A stretch of 64,000 nt of DNA from a virus (taxonomy: Duplodnaviria > Caudoviricetes): IMG/VR virus record IMGVR_UViG_3300026270_000004, positions 1-64,000 of that record. One strand, written 5' to 3'. The notes beneath the pieces were generated by a model. It was given only the letters and a program-made list of their open reading frames with translations. It was not told where the DNA came from and ran no database searches. Below are positions 45,301 to 51,300 of this stretch, in pieces. Every line of letters begins with the position of its first letter. Position 1 is the first letter of the stretch. Both the position numbers and the translations under genes were made by a program.

Positions 45301-48300
45301 ACGTTATCAACTTTCTGATACAATGCATCACGCATGTAGAACTTACTGATAACATCAGCAGTAATCTGAAGTCTCTTACCTAGAGGTGATGGAATAGTAG
45401 AAGTCTTAGTAGCATACTCTGTAAGAGCATTACTGAATGTATATGTGCCAGGATTCATTGTAGAAACGACCTGAGACATATCCAATATTTGTAGACCACC
45501 AGCACCAATTACCCAGTTGCTTAATGCAGCACCAGATACATCAGTCCAAATAGTAGGAGTCTCAATATCAGAGAATTCAATAGTAGTATATGCTGTTAAA
45601 CCAGTAAGAGTATATGCTGCTCTCTTATCATGCAATCTATCAAACTTGATTAGTGCAGAATCAGAGATTGATGTTGTAACAGGAATCTCAGCAGTTGGGA
45701 CAAGGTATGTTCCGTTATATGGAGCAGCATCATCAAAGACTAGATCATCAATCCAACCAATCAGTGAGTTAGCTGTATTAGGTCCACTATACTTACCAGC
45801 AATAGTAATATCTGCAATACTAATATCTGAAGTAGACTGATAGTTAACTACAAGGTTACCATTCAAGAATACCTCATACTGATACAATCCAAGAGATTCT
45901 TCTCTCTTCTGGAATGTTACATGCACCCAAGCAGCACCACCAAATGTAGTCCAATGAGTAGCAGTAGCAGAAGTTGCTACTTCTGTTGAGTTTACATATA
46001 GGACAACTTTCTCATAGTTACCACTAGTAGCATCACCATCTATTTCAACTTGAATAGAATCACCTGCAATAGGAGTTACATCAAATAATATGGGTTTGTT
46101 ATTACCTGCATGATGTGCAGTAGCAACTGACATCCATGCTCTTGCACTCCACTCTTTAGTAGTTAAATTCATGCCTGGGAATTTAACAGGAGATATTCCA
46201 CTCAACTTAAGTGAACCTGTTCCAAACTTCTGGATTGAAGTGTCGATGGAAACATTAGAAGGAGTATGTAATGCTGGAGTTACTAATTCTTGCTTTGTAG
46301 TATCTTCAACAGCGTTAGCAACGTTATTGAAACGATGTGATGCTAATTGATCAGGTTGTCTACGATCTACTGCAATAATACAGTCACCAGAACTATCTAC
46401 TGAATGTGACTTAGCTTGGAATCCAATACGGTCAGTATCATCAACCTTAGTCTCTTTAATAACTGTTCCATCATACTTAAGATAATGAATAACAGCATAT
46501 CTCTGATTCTCTGATTCTTGAACGTCAGATACAATTGTATAGTTGCCAAATACATCTACACTGATACCTGCATGTTGAATATTCTCAACCTCTCCAGAAA
46601 TATTAACTGTCTTACTCCAAGTCCACTGACTATTAGCAGTTGCTAATGGGAACTTATTAACCTGAATCTTCTCAAACTTCTGAGTAGCACCGTTATATAC
46701 ATCCCAGATACAGATTACATCATTGTAATCATCAATTGTGAATTCTGGGTTTCTTACATATCCACCAACTGTAGGAATCTGTCTGATATACTCAATCTCA
46801 AGGTTTGCACCGTCATAGAAGATTACACCGAAGATACAGTCATCATTTTGGTCATTAACACCAACAAAGAAGAATCTATCATCAGATATCCATTTGATCT
46901 GATTGATCATCTCAGAATCATTTGCAGATGCAATCTTTCTCTTCTCTACAAGGTCACCATCTAGATCACACTGAATGATCCACATATCGTTAGGATCAAT
47001 AGAGTTACTATCTGTATAACCTGCAATGTAAATTCTCTTCTCTTGATCAAGTGCAATACTTGTTACCCAATCCCTTCTAGAAAGACCTGAGATACCTGCA
47101 ATTGCCTTCTGCCACTGTAGAATACCATCAGGAGCATTAGCATTATTAAATCCAGACTTATACAGACCTAACCAAACATCAGGATTATACTGGTTATTGT
47201 TAGGATCATATGTCTGACCAACAACATAGATCTTATCATCTTCTTCAGATTCATCAATATACATCTTGATGAATTCTGCCTTCTTAACACCTGAATTAGT
47301 AGGTAGTAAGTTTCTCTCCCAAACCTTTTGGCCTAGGTCGTCAAACTTGGCAAGAAATGCTGCTTGATCACCATCTGTCTCAAGGACACTACCACAGATA
47401 TAAGTGTATCTGTCAGCAGTAGTCAATGTATGATGTATAGAGACTTGACCTGTTGCTTCCTTATACTCAGTGATCCAGTAACGAGTCTTCTTGTATTGCT
47501 GAGGATGAGATACCCTAATTTGAGGAGGATTGTCAGCATCATATCCATTACCAGAGTTAATGATATTGACAGTGTTAATCTGACCAGTACCTTCAAGGTT
47601 TAGAGATAACTCAGCATCTTTACCAGATGCAGTAATCAATTCAAATGTAGGTGGAATATCATTATTATATCCAGTACCAGCTTGGACTATATTAATTCTC
47701 TCAACACCAGCAACAACCTTAACTCTATAGGTCTTATTAGTGTTATCAATGACAGGACGTGAATTTACAATGATTTCATCCTGTTGACGTAACTCATGTC
47801 CAGCTTCAGTTACGATCTTACCGTATGGACGGTCACCAATGATCTCTTTCTGATAAGCAGTGATCCTTTGACCCTTAACAGAATCAATAATAGCAGATGC
47901 ACCAAATCCACCAGTACCTTCATTATCGAAGAATACAGTATCATTAACCTGATAAGAAACACCTGGGTTCTCAATAACGAATCCATCAATCTGAGCATTC
48001 TCAAATTGAGTAGTTGTCTCAACTTCAATATCAACTCTAGACTCTGGTGATACTCTTGGGAAGTAATCATAGATTTGTAGAGTTGCCTCTTCAGACATCT
48101 CTAGAATCTCTTGTTGCTCATTAGCATCAATCAAACCATCATTGTTAGAGTCTTGTATTTCAAAGATGATAGGATATCCTTCTTTCTCAGTAGTAAGGAC
48201 ATCTGCCTCTTGGTTTGGTTGACGATCAACATCAATATCAACATCAGTGTATGGATCTCTATAACGGACAACTCCATTAGGAATATTCTCTTGTGTTGCT

Positions 48301-51300
48301 GCCTGAGAGAAGTTCCAGTTATCTGGTAATGAGTTAAACTGAGGTCCAAGGATATATGGGAATTCAGCAATACCTGCATCACTAGCATCAATAGTTACAA
48401 AGTAAGCATAGACTCCTTCTGGGAAGTCAGGTGTCTTACAGAAACGACCATTATAGTTGTCTAGGTCACCAGACTGGAAGTCATAATAGTAGTCATCAAT
48501 AAATGTACCAGCATCATATGTTGCAATAGGAGGACCATCTACCCTAGAAGGGTTAGGATTAGTAGCAGCATCGAATACAACATTTTCCTTCAATTTAAAG
48601 GAAGTACGCATTCTTCTAATACCACTATTCTGATCAGTAGGATCAATATATCCATAAGGACCATATATTGGGTTACCATCAAATGCCCAACCAATAATAG
48701 GTGAGTGCTCAAAGTTAGCAGCAACTTCTTGGAATTGCTGAGTAACAGGGTTTAGGAATACGTTATCACCAACAACATATCTTAATTCTTTAGGATCTGA
48801 TAGGTGAGCATATTCACCACCAAACTGGTTGTTATATCCAGTAAATACATAACCTCTTGCAAAGTCATAATTGTCTACTAATTCATATTGAAGGTTTTTA
48901 TTCCACTGATAGACTGTAGGTTGGAATGACGCTAATTGACCCACTGCTTCGAGTCTGACAGTCGTTAAACCTTGTGTATACCCAATACCCTTGTTGATAA
49001 TAGTTACACCTAAAACACGACCTTTATCTTCTCCAATTGTGCCGATAGTTGCTTTAGCAATAGCACCAAATCCATCACCATTAATAATGATGTTAGGAGC
49101 AGTTGTATAGGATTCACCAGAGTTAATAATAGCGATAGATACGATTCTGCCATTAATAACGATTGGTTGTGCTAGAGCACCTTCACCAGAGTTAACCTTA
49201 ACAGAAGGAAGTGAAGTATATCCACTACCAAAGTTAGTGATGTTTACACTGGAAATTGGACCTCTAACGTTAGCAGTTGCAGTAGCACCAGTACCACCGC
49301 CACCTGTGATAGAAACTAGGGGTTGTGTAGTATAATTCGTTCCTGGTTGCTCAACTAGAATTCTTGTTACTCTACCACCAGTAATAACTGCTTGTGCAGT
49401 AGCACCTGATCCACCACCCCCAACAATCGATACAAGAGGTGATTCTGTGTAACCAGTACCTTCAGTAACCATATCGAAGGAGGTTAGACTACCATTAACG
49501 ACAACCTCTGCTTCAGCACCAGTACCACCGCCACCAGTGATCTCTACGTTGGGTTTAGCACCAGCATCGTATGATTCACCAACATTGGTAACTGCGATGC
49601 TAGTAAGAGGTCCATACTGGATAAATTCTCTAGATTTGTAAGACCAGATAGAAACACCGTTTACCCAAGCACCAATTGGTGTTCCTGGGTCAATTGTCTT
49701 TCTTTCGGAAATAGTTTGGACTAATCTTGGAAATCTAAGTAATTTTCTTTGGTTTCCTGGAATTAGAGCAGATCCTGTAAATGGACCTATTTTGTAGTTA
49801 GGAAGTCCAGATGCAGCGACATAAACGTAATCATCGTTGAAAAACGAGTTTTGGATGTTTGTAGTAAACTCAGATACAACAGAATTGATAGAAGCGATAT
49901 CTGACTTACCTCTATTCAAGTCAACCGATAAAAGGATGTTTCCTTGAGGTAAAATCTCAGTAGGAACGTTTATCTGATATGAGAAGGTAAATTGGTCAAT
50001 TCTTGATGTTACAGTGAATGTACCGTTGTAAACAACTGGGTTTGCACCATATATCGTAACTTGGTCAGAAACTAGCAAACCATGAGGGTTACCGCAAACT
50101 ACAGTCGCAGTCTGGTTATTAACACCACCAGGAGTGATGCTATCAACTTGAATCAGTTTCTTAACGTTATATAACCAAGATTGGAGTCTTAACTCCTCAG
50201 CAGTCGATCCAAGGTTTGCAACCTTCAGTTTATCACCACCAAGGTAGTAACTACCAGTATCGTTTAGTACTGTGGTACCTGCTTCAGCAATACCAAGAAT
50301 CCTTAACTTACATTCCTGTGCAGTGCCTCTGTTGACATAAACGAAGATATCGGACTGAATTATAGTACCAGGATCCCAATCTTCGACAATTCCATTCTTA
50401 GACCTAGTACACTCGATGAACTGGTTAAGGGACTTCTCCTTATACTGGACTTGCTCTACATCATTGATTCTGATAGTACCATTTCTCTCGGGCCATCCAA
50501 TTGTACTGTCAACCGTAATTATCTGCCCAGTAGTGGTTAAAGGCTCAACTAGACGAGTCTTATAAGGAATAATGAAGTTACCAACTAAGGTTTCCTCAGA
50601 TATTGCCAATTCATAGATTGTGTCAGTACCTTCAATGATAGTAATGACGTTTTCGATCAATGCAGACGCAGCAGTAACACTAGTGTCTACTTCATCAGCA
50701 TATTGGTTAACTTCAGAGTCAATTAGGTTTGAAGGGTCACCTTCAAGCAATTCTGCTCTTAGAATGGTGTCTACAACCCAAGTTGCATGAGATGGACTTA
50801 TAATTTCATCTTTAGGGTAGTAAAGATCAACATCTTCACCAAATAGGATTTTAAAGAGATATTGGGTTGCTAACTTCGTACCTTTTGAGATATAGAAGTC
50901 ATTAATGTTTTTAATAACCTGAACTGGGTTAACTTTACCAAAATCGATATCTAAGGTTGGAAGATACTGTCTTCTAAACTTATCAAAGACTTCTTTAATG
51001 AATAAAGAGTCAAGGTTGGTAACATGAGCACCAGCAACGTGATTTGACTGTCTTAATGCTGCTTCTCCTGCATATATCTCATTATGGAGGTTATCATACC
51101 CTACAGCACCAGAAACGCCTCTGGAGCATCCTAGGAAGGCACTAGAGGCATATCCTGATCCATATTCCAGTATATCGAATCCTGTAACCTGATCAAACCC
51201 AACATCCACAGATGCCCTTGCTGCTTTTGGTTCAGCAATGTAAATCTTGGGTGGAAACTCTGTAGAGTAACCAGATCCAAAATTAGTGATATTAATATCT